IMG/VR virus record: IMGVR_UViG_3300045988_120991
Span: 32,001-96,000 of that record
Source: a virus
Direction: 5' to 3' (one strand)
DNA length: 64,000 bases
Part shown: positions 39,801 to 47,115 of the stretch, piece after piece
Numbering within the stretch: position 1 is the stretch's first letter
Layout of the letters: the number at the start of each line of letters is the position of its first letter
Notes under the pieces: generated by a model
Told to the model about the DNA's origin: nothing
Seen by the model: only the letters and a program-made list of their open reading frames with translations
Databases searched by the model: none
Translations under genes and position numbers: made by a program

Positions 39801-42800
39801 GAAAAATACATGAATAGTATTCAAGGTAGAATTGATCAATTTAACAATGCTTTACAAACAATGTGGTCAAGCGAACTTGATTCTGGTTTTGTAAAATTTA
39901 TTGTTAGCGCTGGTACTGCATTAGTAAAATTTATAGATACAATTGGTTTACTTCCATCTATCCTTACTATGATTGGAGCAATTAAACTTGGTAAAATCTT
40001 TTTGCCAAAAATGTGGACATCTTTAACTATTGCGGTTACAACCCATATTGCTGCACTTTCTGGAGAGACGGCTGCTATTGAAGCCTTAAATGGAGCAAAA
40101 GTAAAAGCTGCAATTATGGATTCTACTAGTATTAGTAATGATGTAAAAGAGATTGCGATTAAAACTTTATTAACTGGAGAAATCGGTAATGAAACAGTTG
40201 TAACTGATTTAAATACTGTCTCTAAAATTAAAGCAGCTTTAGCTCAACAGGGGCTTAACGATGCGCAAATTTCTGGTGTTCTTTCAGCTATGGGTTTAAC
40301 GACTGCAAATGTTGGTCTGGGCACATCTTTTAAATTGCTTGCTGCAAATATATGGAAGTCAATTAAAGCAATATTGGTATATATAGCTACAAATCCGTGG
40401 ACATGGGTTGCAATTGGAGCTACTGCAGCTATTATAGTAATAGCTAAGCTTACTAAAACTCACCAAGAGTATGTAAAAGAACTTAAAGAAACATCTGATG
40501 AAATATCTGATGTAAAATCTAATTTAAGCTCACTTGAAGATGAACTAAAATCCGTAAGCGATCGTATTGACGAGCTAAATTCCAAAGACAAACTTTCTTT
40601 CACGGAAAAAGAAGAATTAAAAAATCTAAAAGCACAAAATGCCGAACTTGAACGTTCAATTCGTATTGAGGAGCAAAAAGAAAAGAGGCTACAAAAGAAA
40701 GCTGCCAAGAACTTAAATGATGCCGTTAAAACAGATTATTCTATAAATGGTAAATCAACCGTATACAAAGATTCTGATGGGAATTATGTATCTCAAACGG
40801 TTGCAGTTGATCAGAGTGCTAATAATTATGCTCCTGGCAATGAAAAGCTAAATGATGGTTATTCCAAAGAAACTGTTTCTTCTATTCAAGCAAAAATTAT
40901 TGAATACGAAAGAACACAAAAAGAATTAGAAGAAGCGAAAGATGAATTGGAAAAACTTGGAGATGAAGCCGAAGATAAAGAAGTAAAAAATGCACAAGCG
41001 AAAGTAGATAGACTTCAAAGATCAGCAGATAGTGCGTATGATGCCATATCAAACACAATGGATAAATTTAATGAGGACTATTTAAGCCAAGATGGTGTTG
41101 AATGGCAATATGGTAATCCTGACGAATTAGAGGATTGGCAAAAGCAAATGAATGCCAACCTAAAGATAATTTATGATGCACAAGATAAATTAGCTATTGG
41201 GGCGGACAATACTGGGAAAGCCATCAAATCAGCATTTTCTCGTGTGACATTACAAACAGAATTCCGGGATGAATTAAAAGAAATTCAAGATACCGCCGGA
41301 ATTACCGGAGAGAAATTAAAAGAAATGTATGAAGCCGATAATTCTACTGACAATACCGGTATGAAGGCGTTAATTCAATCTCTTATGGATTGTGGTGTTA
41401 TTGCTAATGCATCTGCCGAAGAGTTGCAAAAGGTAGTAGATTTGTCATTAGAATTAGGAGATTCTGCATCTGATGCCGCAACGGCAAATAAAAAACTTGC
41501 TCGTTCTCAAAAAATGCTACAGTATAGCAGACTATATAAAGAACTCCATAAATATACAGATGCATTAAGAGACGGACGCAAAAGATCCGGAGAATTATTT
41601 GCCCAAGATAAAAAGTCTGTGCAAGCCATTAGAGAAAAAATGGCGGCTCTTTCAGAAGAAATATCTAAATATGATATTCTGGGCGACCAGATGAATGAAG
41701 CAAAAGAAGCATTTACAGATTTTGAAAATGCAAAAAAGTCATCAGAAGAAAATCCTGAATATATAGATACTGCCGGAGAAATGTTCCAAGCGGTAATTGA
41801 TGGGTTCCATAGTGCAGAAATGGGTTCCGAAACATTTAAGGCTGCATTTAAAGGACTAATACCAGAAAGTGTATATAAGGATTTAGATACATTAGAAGAA
41901 AGATATACTGCCGCAGGTGAATATGTCAAGAATACACTTAGCAGATATTTCAAGATTGAATATGATGATGATGGTGCAGTTAAGAGTGTTGAAACGACAA
42001 CTAAAAATATTGAAACATTTATAGAGGATGCAAAAGAAAAAGGTCTAATGTCTTTCTCTGATGGTGTTTGGACTGTTGAAGAAACTGATTTTAAAAAGTT
42101 TGCAGACAAAATGGGCATCACAGAGTCTATGCTGGTCGCTATTGGCACACAGATGGATAATATTGATGCGGACTGGATTATGGGGGATAATAGTAGCTTC
42201 TTTGATTCGTTTGATATGGGTACAGAAGCTAATATTTATAAAACCACAAAAGCTTTAACTGATTTAGATCAACAGTTTATAGACGGCAAAATAAGTGTAG
42301 ATGAATATACTCAAAAATATCAAGAGTTGCAAGATAAATTATCAGAAAATAAAGAAAATGCTATAAACGACATTATAAATTATGATAATGCAACGAAAAA
42401 AGTGGATGAGCTTCAAAATAGTCTTAAGGCTGCTACGGATAAATTAAATGAATTAAAAAATAATCCTGAAGCAACCGAAGATCAAATTGCTGAAGCGGCA
42501 AAAAATGCTAATGAGATAGCAACGAATTTGCAGACTGCTCTTCAGAATAAATCTGCTCTTGAAAAGCCATCGCAGGTACTTGTAGAATTTGCAGTTGCTA
42601 ATATTGAAGACGAAAAAGCAAAAATTGTTGCGGAATTAGGAACAATAGATGCTTCAATTAAACTTACTACTACCGATAAAGATGGTAAGGAACAAATAAA
42701 TAGTAGCATAATAAAACAACTTGATGATGGTACATACGAAATAAATGTTGATGCAAATCTTACAGAAGAATCAAAAGCAAAAGTGCAATCATATGTTGAT

Positions 42801-45800
42801 TTGTTAAACAAAGAAGCACAAATAAATTCGTATGTTGAAGGAGATCAAGGAGCAAAAGAAAGTGCAGATGATTTAAAAAAGACTTACGAAGATTTGTCTC
42901 AGGTAATAAAAGATTTGCCAAGTCCAAAAATCAATACATCTCTAGCACAATCTGCGGTTAATACTTTAAAGAAGACCGTAGATAACCTAAAGGATTCTTT
43001 TGATGATTTACCAACAGAAGTTACTACTACTGTTACTACTGTTAATAGAACTGTAAACGAAACAGTAGAGAGAAAGAGTACTGGATTTGGATGGATAGAT
43101 AAAATTCTTGGCCTTAACTTTGATGGCAATGCCCATTTTGATGGAGCTGCTAATGCCTCTGGTACTTTGGGTGCAGAAAAAACTGAAACATCTCTTGTTG
43201 GTGAGTTAGGCCCAGAGCTTCGTGTTCGTGGCAATCGTTGGGAAATGCTAGGAGAAAATGGCACAGAATTTGCAGACGTACAAAAGGGAGATATCATTTT
43301 TAACCATAAGCAAACCGAAGAACTTCTTAAAAACGGTCATATAAGTTCTCGTGGCAAGGCTTTTGTAGGTGGCACAGCGTATGCTGGTACAAGTGGAACA
43401 ATATTTACAAAATATGCGACAGAAAAAGACTATGGCGGTAAAGTTCCTGATTGGTATGGCCATGCCGATCTTCTTTATGATGCTGCTAATTCAGTATCTG
43501 ATGCTGCCGATGACATTTCTGATGCCGCTGATGACTTCGAAGAAGTATTTGATTGGTTCGAAGTTCTTCTAGAAGAAATTGAAGACAATATTAGCTTAAT
43601 GAATGCCAAGTTAGAAAATACAGTTGGTATAAGTGCAAAGAAAGGTATTTATTCTGAAATTTTAAATACAGAACAATTTAAGCTACAAGAATTATATGAG
43701 GGCATCAAACTATATTCTGATTATGCCAATAAGCTTCTTGCTAAAGTTCCAGATCAGTACAAAGAAATGGCTAAAAATGGCGCGGTCGCTATCACAGACT
43801 TCCTTGGTGAAGCAAACGAAGAAGTTGTAGACTCAATTAATAACTATCGTGAGTGGGCAAAGAAGGTATCTGACCTTAATCAGCAATTAGAAGAAACAAA
43901 GACGAAAATTTCTGACACCCACGTAGAAATACAGAATATGCTTAAAGATGAATATGACAATCGTATATCTTTAATTACTTCTGTAAATGACCGTATACAA
44001 GGTACAATAGATTTGCTTGATGAAGAAGGCAAACGTTCTTCTGCCGTAATGTATGAAGAAATGATAAAAAATAGTACAAAACAATTATCAGAACTTCAAA
44101 GCAAACGTGCAGAAATGCAGAGAGCATTGGACGAAGCCGTGAGAAGCGGAGACGTAGCTAGAGAAAGCACACAATGGTACGAGATGGTCAATGCAATCAA
44201 TGATGTCGATAGTGAAATTAATGATTGTAGAATTGACCTTGAAGGGTTCCAAAACTCTATTAATCAGCTTCATTGGGATAACTTTGAAAAGTTCATTGAT
44301 GCTATTGACAATGTTGGCAACGAAATCTCCAATCTAGGAGACCTAATCGACGAAGAAGACGTTGTTGATGAAGTCGGTAATTGGACAGATAAAGGTATTA
44401 CTGCACTTGGTTTGTACGCCCAAGAAATGGAACGTGCCAAATACAGAGCTGGACAATATGGTAAAGAAATTGAGTATCTAAATCAAGAATATGCGGCTGG
44501 AAAATATAGTGTTGATGAATACAATGAGAAGCTACAGGAACTAAAAGATGGTCAATGGGATAGCATTAAATCTTATGAAGCTGCAAAGAAGTCTATCATT
44601 GATTTGAATAAGACTCGTGTTGAGGCTATAAAAGATGGCATTCAGAAAGAAATAGATGCTTATTCAGAGCTTATTGACAAAAAGAAAGAAGAGTTAAGCT
44701 TACAAAAGGATGCGCATGACTTTTCTAAGCAAGTAACTGAACAGCAAAAAAATATTGCAAACATTCAAAAACAATTGGCTGCAATGGCCGGAGATAACTC
44801 TGCATCTGCAATTGCTAGGAGAAAACAATTAGAAGCAGAACTTGCTGCAGCACAAGAAGAACTCGATGAGCTATATTACAATCATAGTGTTGAAAAGCAG
44901 CAAGAAGCACTTGATAAATCCTTAGAGAATTATCAGGACGATAAGCAGAACGAAATGGATGCCCTTGACGAATCTCTCAAGAACGAAGAACAAATTATTG
45001 CAGATAGTTATGCCACTATTACGGCAAATACGGAATCTGTAGCACAAACATTATCTGATATAGCAAGTCAGTATGGGATTACCCTATCTGATTCTGTTAT
45101 GCAGCCTTGGCTAGATGGTGCTAATGCGATTGGTACTTATCAAGAGCAGTTAGACACCTCTATGAGTTCTTTCACTCAACAACTAGAGGCTCTCAAGCAG
45201 ATGTATGCCGACTTACAAAATCAGGCTGATAGTGCCGGTAGGAGTATGGTTGATGCGATAAATGGTAACAAATCCAAGACAGAGGGTGCAACATATACGC
45301 CGCCAACTCCATCGCAACCAAGCACTCCATCAAAGCCATCAAAACCGTCTGCTCCATCTACTGGCTCGTCTGTTACAGTGAAAAAATCTGCAACACGCTT
45401 TTCAAGAGATGGCGGCAATGGTACTAGAATGCAGTCATGGGTCCCTGGTTCAACGTTTACTGTTTATCAGGTTAGTGATTCAGAAGTTCTAATTGGAAGA
45501 AATGGTCAATATACTGGATGGGTGCGTCTATCTGATATTGAAGGATATGCAAAGGGTACTAAAGAAATTCAAAATAACCAATTAGCAATGCTAGACGAAC
45601 TTGGAGACGAGTTGGTTTTACATGCCGGTAAGAATGGCAGGTTAGAATATCTAACCAAGGGTACATCTGTTGTTCCAGCAGATATTACAAGCAACTTAAT
45701 GAAGCTTGGCTCCCTAGACCCGAAGGATATTCTTGAAAGAAATAGACCTTCTATTGGTGCTCCACATGTTATTGATAATAGTATAGAGTTAAAAATGGAA

Positions 45801-45929
45801 TTTGGCAGTCTTGTACATGTTGATACTGTTTCAAACGATACATTGCCATACTTGCAAAAGATGGTCAGAAATGAGTTTGATAATTGCATGAAACACGTAA
45901 ATCAAGGGCTAAAGAAATTTGTTCGTTAA
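27822..45929 (+). CDS. tmp: giant tape-measure-type protein (6,035 aa)
   Basis: GAGGTG RBS and a single uninterrupted 18,108-nt ORF.
- A TP901-type TMP core sits at about 38920-39880 (ALTELKKVTDETDETYAQFLNTMSQTGAEVGATVKDL...NFAISSDGIATALQDSASSLMAAGNNLEQSVAMIAAANKVLQDP...LRTISLRIRG).
- Hydrophobic helices follow at about 39910-40450.
- K/E-rich helical sequence lies on both sides of the core.
- A Pro/Ser/Thr linker is at 45291-45372, followed by an SH3b-like segment at 45373-45545.
- A typical TMP C-terminal tail closes the ORF.
- Dit-like and Tal-like genes follow. Confidence 0.85.
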   Translation: MGKRGPSAQYAYGITIEAGNYNEVINGFEKRLKDLDKVTKTTTATFAALSEAMKSGKRVDFSKAEGQLTGLVAEMEEVAKWREQLAGGQKLSDMFDGLEQVKQSLGQVTGQLDKFGDNIEEIFSILQSVPQNTSKTFVDIRKVLSQTASDMNKIIAELNNPTEKTDVSGLKNQLSSLATDFVNEWNKAAAQGIKMDQVVDFKPFANIIKTAINGARSLGTEFNDVSASVTEATKNVVALYNVKHPTGMFKDLASGISNVGTQSKKTEQTVVKFSSAFKAAISIVDKFSKSDMGLSKKNKEMDEFLAKLKNPEITIDLKNKEVEEEFYKLADIYDDIVGANNITPEFLKNLPIDKLKELGSTLQNIIAMGKEFPEFINTDEDNEVSILDAYGSDLKKVIEGIKALLDEANAQIAESVKTLKSQLEALGLKDIELDVKLVDLTGDKVQEYVNQLNQFVDDLTGQLKNKGAIELPVNIQMPGITPDNADSKKAKDVISAAMDEYSEIAKDASKEATKNAKGKAMSKIISGAFGSNENLDLYLSYIKQQFSKIRETVRQQKKEIQDMLSLDFTWNKGEASNSFSNLFVELQDYFADPENAIKVEIDSTYLKDGIKNAFKDAGGIDLKLPSSGTPMDQSQLAAAIISAFRGTLPTGRQSSTPVTKQTTTSSSASPVTEADVKDRFVFNIKEFMSKYSGELSEGLNQTLENIVNSVRDVAKTANGSKVNQEVRAKIQAAFGSLDLSKVAEMTNEEIISWVQNALLKADESGRAIGADLPKALDNTKVSWKSVSNFTNALNQLFIKIENETRDVEQAANERNKVAILKDFGYRARAIDSKSAVVRKLGKGEVDTDFLKSQMERLQSVKAYKDSLGEEGSKIVKWLDSAIAIYQKLINISNGTTTFNTEAEKQEEITKLRDELSKIRVSDDKSLIETLSGEITVSKKYKNGTKSRGQRKGFTGSSRSLEKALSLIEKTGDDGVITIKFTSGPNDKAFKEWIESENEYGRTVNTLRRSKDNNLRGESKSSLISPREDRERLLDQKIDFKPFSQSRKPIDWDEYKNDLQRRLQENEEALAEQQKIVDEARKNLTSAKRAVSSSSKKVYSGSGDINDEWIAKEEDILKLATEDKNSGLNDKSIKQLSKLVKSSYSKDSKSFKKAYATAQKDLESLMSKEATEDNIAQVKSLLDFINSLNRAAENYTSAAKYVDEKFVINEEIDKSLFESASKRVSDAGEIKVKSKKYKGTGLPQTNVSKLVSGIKRKESIEEFSSYSSAYQEHIKSLLDSALTDLKETMQGKDTSANRKKIQSILQYIDNLKRQFDQFKEIEQKIYEAYNFGKTKKDVKFENLSSVDNIIENYKTGKEVLQRKIEEIDQQLAYLDQQKGNIKHYTDEQKAIAKLQLDASNYYSGISKVKQLEYNFNNAQTEQEKEKFAQLLQSAKSQNANDASKNIGNVIKFIEELESKLSDKNISEQDRNTLSSVLQEAQSLFKELNVANVTGKTPLFQMSQSRYEDIIADNSAEAERIAEAEKKALARRAKVVEKLNDFEANSPGAEALRRASSVKSGESYRSKSISTQIDKTNAQSVFNESEEKLRVLEKEKEALQAEKEKVAEKKKYNNLLIQEKKLKEEIAAADKAGVSSEEKKIELTKLQEKIAKQEKKLGINFEEVSPSMTKEKAFDKASEYDAQEKLLRSQVKALESKVESAQELINSLTARGFNSAKGEAELRRFTNDRVADFRSSDYFRTKKDEIRDKYLKGVYKEDGTLDSSDSLEGKIRELADKYSKDIDKIFFNIADVKEGNAQEFLSGLIGDQTRFSNAFKGNNDVGQKFMADYEEFKSFYWELIKEEESKVVDDYKKSIKVDKHNGTVSYTSYDGDTIQEVVVDLKSQIIQGLKEQIEAELMPTLSEKTGLLGRVSDSKKQALDFAGLKESDIRNIDVDSKIASLKSDIEGLKSTNISAKDRDIEGAKQRDLERQKSIIEEIESVNSRITYNEIDQIKLVRELNAEKENYLKSINKDGSKSDAGKIAIERLKTNATAEYVNSDAYKSQVEAINNKYYGKGENGKSLFDESIDKIVPKYKDAIYRILSNTSKYTEEEIDGFLKLIQDNPELYSSSDAYFKLGKTKNAEMAKTLSDNSERVWSNLVREYSSIKGFVEDGIERDIKALIKNYRDSFEINNDNNTVSYTSYVNGKAENVVRNLKETLLSVIKQEIADILSGKNIDSIVNDVVGSKAKDLYSKRNSATYLQKQLKELDAQKQVIESRIASGALSEEDQKEVDKQLKEKKAIEDKIAVLEKEIEAWEFVKKAREEARELDKKTDQEREATELSKIERYEQSITEKKEKQRQLQEELNLLRGEEVKDVDTIERKESELEEVTKKITELEGKKQKSEGSLGRIRERIENAPVVSEASSSGGGILSPIVNLLTEIRDILSRISGVSVKSGESGKSGSAPNSGEKTKSEINSMLSKYWYKKNGKSATQEEWKQLKQDYVDGKLTDLDEVLAQEVQAKIEKEKKEDTKPVAKKNDTKKSDDRFSNILRLAGFRDENNKAIQLASKSTDEFLSDAQALYDDVKNWSGDKTSDEYLAKQLSLGKTLTALRSSLPRTYSGKNGYTNAEEWANYLSENGLSGAMESSIKNQKNLKAVIENGVTVVAEEVVEQGVEEGKNVAEEPKQESTSKKQKYAGGLTWSKAKDAIKNGANKPEDGLSLEEYITKAQSLYNEINSWVGEKNIEYFSKRLELGSVMQKAAVAVKQANPDKKFKNTDLYNYFAKQYNMENVNSLALTAKRLDGNKEIMEALADVKPVDTTPVTQSVENTDNAVVEHVAETAKTVEEEVRQTAEQQKQVELSNAEKLKLAKKELQKRLDAAKSIQDGTTLKSNKVIVTHSDESKKGVKYSLDENIESIDEFAEGVWKLTEAFKDGADAANIEYGFATQNGKRIQLAKGDNDSVNFTRFHGDIDSLTHSHSYTKGVNNMVFSLADIDQLETLGTRNNLKRYNLIYDNEMMSLNLGKNSQEAAEAIADCYPQINDVVMAMLSREDGNSIPAENTEEMARILNGYLQKVVEDAGGRLSVVNSKGENVTSKYSITDDEYNKFNNVLAKFQSYYDNNFGSVSKSDHVSVIRQYLSEEFGKEFMANITSKSNANPHGGLYTEFSAIPEYDDEDKKMLDYAEQVTLYSKKIVAAEKAFVESLQKMSNEDLMSFINQAEETLGVKKEPEVKPTLTKAQIAALNPDDVTALQKASIKQFSKVRNWNENNVGNIEGFLGADNKTLVAYKTQFEELAKIALDLKAKGESGTIITKDDISQLDIAISKTKELQTALTKEAQFKQMKDAGLIVSGKTKIKSTDSYSERQDIMAQYAKKYAAQNKSEYQFGQYDFINDKISFNMIDSAGQVTKVIMGWSDAFNTAYIQSSKLQGSLDKITQEVYKTDEAIKAGEEYGFFQEQSEGVKAYKDALAEYEAQVKAVAKSSQKDLAQNFEELHTAQEKAINAGRDLLDKQKDAYGFNNAQKVLGRTGDVDAVLQNYRDQGINVNDIELVRNYNDAMGDLNKKIEELKKNGKLWDANEQPGLKLLADRAIEAEKALLKADEAQRQLNGEVIKGKNAKFFEGINPNNVDQVKQAMEQYARSINGVDAQSIKWSEDQKTLSYSVRTGKREVSDFTIGVKELTNEFYEARTGTRAVKTGMEEFLGSIGDKFKEVGRYLLSFGSFYRVWGEIQKGVTYVREIDSALTELKKVTDETDETYAQFLNTMSQTGAEVGATVKDLTNMAANWARLGYSIQEAGELAKSTAVLLNVSEFTDADTASKALISTMQAYGYAAEDSMHVVDVLNEIGNNFAISSDGIATALQDSASSLMAAGNNLEQSVAMIAAANKVLQDPNSVGSALRTISLRIRGTSVKVLEEMGEETDGVIESVSKLQAKVKGLSGVDILTDTGAYKDTYTIIKEIGQVWEQMNDINRAALLELLAGKNRSNAMAALLTNMEDLEGAYEDAMAAQGSAEAENEKYMNSIQGRIDQFNNALQTMWSSELDSGFVKFIVSAGTALVKFIDTIGLLPSILTMIGAIKLGKIFLPKMWTSLTIAVTTHIAALSGETAAIEALNGAKVKAAIMDSTSISNDVKEIAIKTLLTGEIGNETVVTDLNTVSKIKAALAQQGLNDAQISGVLSAMGLTTANVGLGTSFKLLAANIWKSIKAILVYIATNPWTWVAIGATAAIIVIAKLTKTHQEYVKELKETSDEISDVKSNLSSLEDELKSVSDRIDELNSKDKLSFTEKEELKNLKAQNAELERSIRIEEQKEKRLQKKAAKNLNDAVKTDYSINGKSTVYKDSDGNYVSQTVAVDQSANNYAPGNEKLNDGYSKETVSSIQAKIIEYERTQKELEEAKDELEKLGDEAEDKEVKNAQAKVDRLQRSADSAYDAISNTMDKFNEDYLSQDGVEWQYGNPDELEDWQKQMNANLKIIYDAQDKLAIGADNTGKAIKSAFSRVTLQTEFRDELKEIQDTAGITGEKLKEMYEADNSTDNTGMKALIQSLMDCGVIANASAEELQKVVDLSLELGDSASDAATANKKLARSQKMLQYSRLYKELHKYTDALRDGRKRSGELFAQDKKSVQAIREKMAALSEEISKYDILGDQMNEAKEAFTDFENAKKSSEENPEYIDTAGEMFQAVIDGFHSAEMGSETFKAAFKGLIPESVYKDLDTLEERYTAAGEYVKNTLSRYFKIEYDDDGAVKSVETTTKNIETFIEDAKEKGLMSFSDGVWTVEETDFKKFADKMGITESMLVAIGTQMDNIDADWIMGDNSSFFDSFDMGTEANIYKTTKALTDLDQQFIDGKISVDEYTQKYQELQDKLSENKENAINDIINYDNATKKVDELQNSLKAATDKLNELKNNPEATEDQIAEAAKNANEIATNLQTALQNKSALEKPSQVLVEFAVANIEDEKAKIVAELGTIDASIKLTTTDKDGKEQINSSIIKQLDDGTYEINVDANLTEESKAKVQSYVDLLNKEAQINSYVEGDQGAKESADDLKKTYEDLSQVIKDLPSPKINTSLAQSAVNTLKKTVDNLKDSFDDLPTEVTTTVTTVNRTVNETVERKSTGFGWIDKILGLNFDGNAHFDGAANASGTLGAEKTETSLVGELGPELRVRGNRWEMLGENGTEFADVQKGDIIFNHKQTEELLKNGHISSRGKAFVGGTAYAGTSGTIFTKYATEKDYGGKVPDWYGHADLLYDAANSVSDAADDISDAADDFEEVFDWFEVLLEEIEDNISLMNAKLENTVGISAKKGIYSEILNTEQFKLQELYEGIKLYSDYANKLLAKVPDQYKEMAKNGAVAITDFLGEANEEVVDSINNYREWAKKVSDLNQQLEETKTKISDTHVEIQNMLKDEYDNRISLITSVNDRIQGTIDLLDEEGKRSSAVMYEEMIKNSTKQLSELQSKRAEMQRALDEAVRSGDVARESTQWYEMVNAINDVDSEINDCRIDLEGFQNSINQLHWDNFEKFIDAIDNVGNEISNLGDLIDEEDVVDEVGNWTDKGITALGLYAQEMERAKYRAGQYGKEIEYLNQEYAAGKYSVDEYNEKLQELKDGQWDSIKSYEAAKKSIIDLNKTRVEAIKDGIQKEIDAYSELIDKKKEELSLQKDAHDFSKQVTEQQKNIANIQKQLAAMAGDNSASAIARRKQLEAELAAAQEELDELYYNHSVEKQQEALDKSLENYQDDKQNEMDALDESLKNEEQIIADSYATITANTESVAQTLSDIASQYGITLSDSVMQPWLDGANAIGTYQEQLDTSMSSFTQQLEALKQMYADLQNQADSAGRSMVDAINGNKSKTEGATYTPPTPSQPSTPSKPSKPSAPSTGSSVTVKKSATRFSRDGGNGTRMQSWVPGSTFTVYQVSDSEVLIGRNGQYTGWVRLSDIEGYAKGTKEIQNNQLAMLDELGDELVLHAGKNGRLEYLTKGTSVVPADITSNLMKLGSLDPKDILERNRPSIGAPHVIDNSIELKMEFGSLVHVDTVSNDTLPYLQKMVRNEFDNCMKHVNQGLKKFVR

Positions 45930-45936
45930 ATGATAT

Positions 45937-45966
45937 GGAGGGGTGCTTCGGCACCTCTCCTTTAAT
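45937..45966 (+). terminator. stem-loop / weak terminator after the TMP gene
   Basis: GGAGGGGTGC TTCG GCACCTCTCC hairpin followed by TTTAATT. Confidence 0.5.
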
Positions 45967-45997
45967 TACATAAAGTAGTTATAGGAGGTGTGGTCTG

Positions 45998-47101
45998 TTG
46001 ATTTATCACCCTAAAATTAGATTTAGAGAAAGAAGTAATTACGATGAAAGACTCGTGGTTTCTACATTTGAACCAGATTCTGGAGAGGCCGATTCATATT
46101 TAACTATGGAACCAGTTTATACAGATAGCTATGATGGTGCGATTCGTACAGATTATGGAGCCAAGTATAGCGATGTTGCAAGACCATCTGTTACTCTTAT
46201 AGATGTTGATGGAGAGGATATCATACCATCTAAAGTTAGGTCGGTTTTGAGATGGCTTACTGGTTCAAGACAAAATTCCTGGATGGATGTTTATAATGTA
46301 GATGATGAGATTGTTTGTTCTTATCTTGGCAGATTTACAGATGTTAAATTGCAAAAGATGGACTCAAGGGTTATTGGTATTAGAGCCGAATTTACGTCTG
46401 TTAGTCCTTGGGCTTATTCAGAAGTGAAAGAAGTAGAAATGGAGATAGATGGGAAAACGGATTTCAGTATAGATAATGATAGCGATGATTTATATTCTTG
46501 TGTTTATCCGCAAATGACATTTACGAACAATCAAAATGGAGCAGGACTTTCTGTTAAGAATAATACGATTGGAGAAGAAACGAAGTTTAGTGGTCTTCAG
46601 CAAGAAGAAATTGTGACGATAGATAACAATTTTGTTGTATATTCCGATAATAAATCACGAATTTTCAACAATGATTTCAATTTCATATTTCCTGCGCTAT
46701 CTTCTGGAACAAACAGTTTTGAAGCAAATGGAAATGGTACTTTGATAATGAGGTTTCGTTATCCTATGAAAGTATCAGATGGCTTATTGGATGAATATGA
46801 AACAAGGAATAAGGTCGTTGTTTATGTCAAAGAGAAAACTGTCAAAATTAAGGGAGACACAAGTAAGAATCCACCAAGTGGTGTAAATATTAAAGTTGAC
46901 GGTACGACTATGTTTATAAGAGGAGAACTAAAAGGCGTGAGTAAGGTTTCAAGTGAAAACTCTGTATTCAGCGAAAATAATGGTACATTGACAATTGATG
47001 ATAGCAACAATGTATGCCCGTTTGATGAGTTTAATGCAGAAGTAAGAAACGGAATATTGATTATAAAAAAAGATTTTAAAGATGCAGAGATTAAAGAATA
47101 G
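45998..47101 (+). CDS. dit: distal tail protein (Dit)-like (367 aa)
   Basis: TTG start 7 nt after AGGAGGTG. Lies directly after the TMP. The N-terminal part (...VTLIDVDGEDIIPSKVRSVLRWLTGSRQNSWMDVY...FTSVSPWAYS) resembles the siphovirus Dit/Sipho_tail layout. Confidence 0.6.
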   Translation: MIYHPKIRFRERSNYDERLVVSTFEPDSGEADSYLTMEPVYTDSYDGAIRTDYGAKYSDVARPSVTLIDVDGEDIIPSKVRSVLRWLTGSRQNSWMDVYNVDDEIVCSYLGRFTDVKLQKMDSRVIGIRAEFTSVSPWAYSEVKEVEMEIDGKTDFSIDNDSDDLYSCVYPQMTFTNNQNGAGLSVKNNTIGEETKFSGLQQEEIVTIDNNFVVYSDNKSRIFNNDFNFIFPALSSGTNSFEANGNGTLIMRFRYPMKVSDGLLDEYETRNKVVVYVKEKTVKIKGDTSKNPPSGVNIKVDGTTMFIRGELKGVSKVSSENSVFSENNGTLTIDDSNNVCPFDEFNAEVRNGILIIKKDFKDAEIKE

Positions 47102-47115
47102 GGAGGTGGCATAAA

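Noticed and set aside
41507-42148. Many 60-213 aa minus-strand ORFs inside the giant TMP gene (for example 41507-42148, 39419-39811 and 42899-43297).
   Set aside because: Their S/F/L-rich low-complexity products are the reverse complement of K/E-rich GAA/AAA codons. They have no RBS and are nested in a continuous 18-kb plus-strand ORF.
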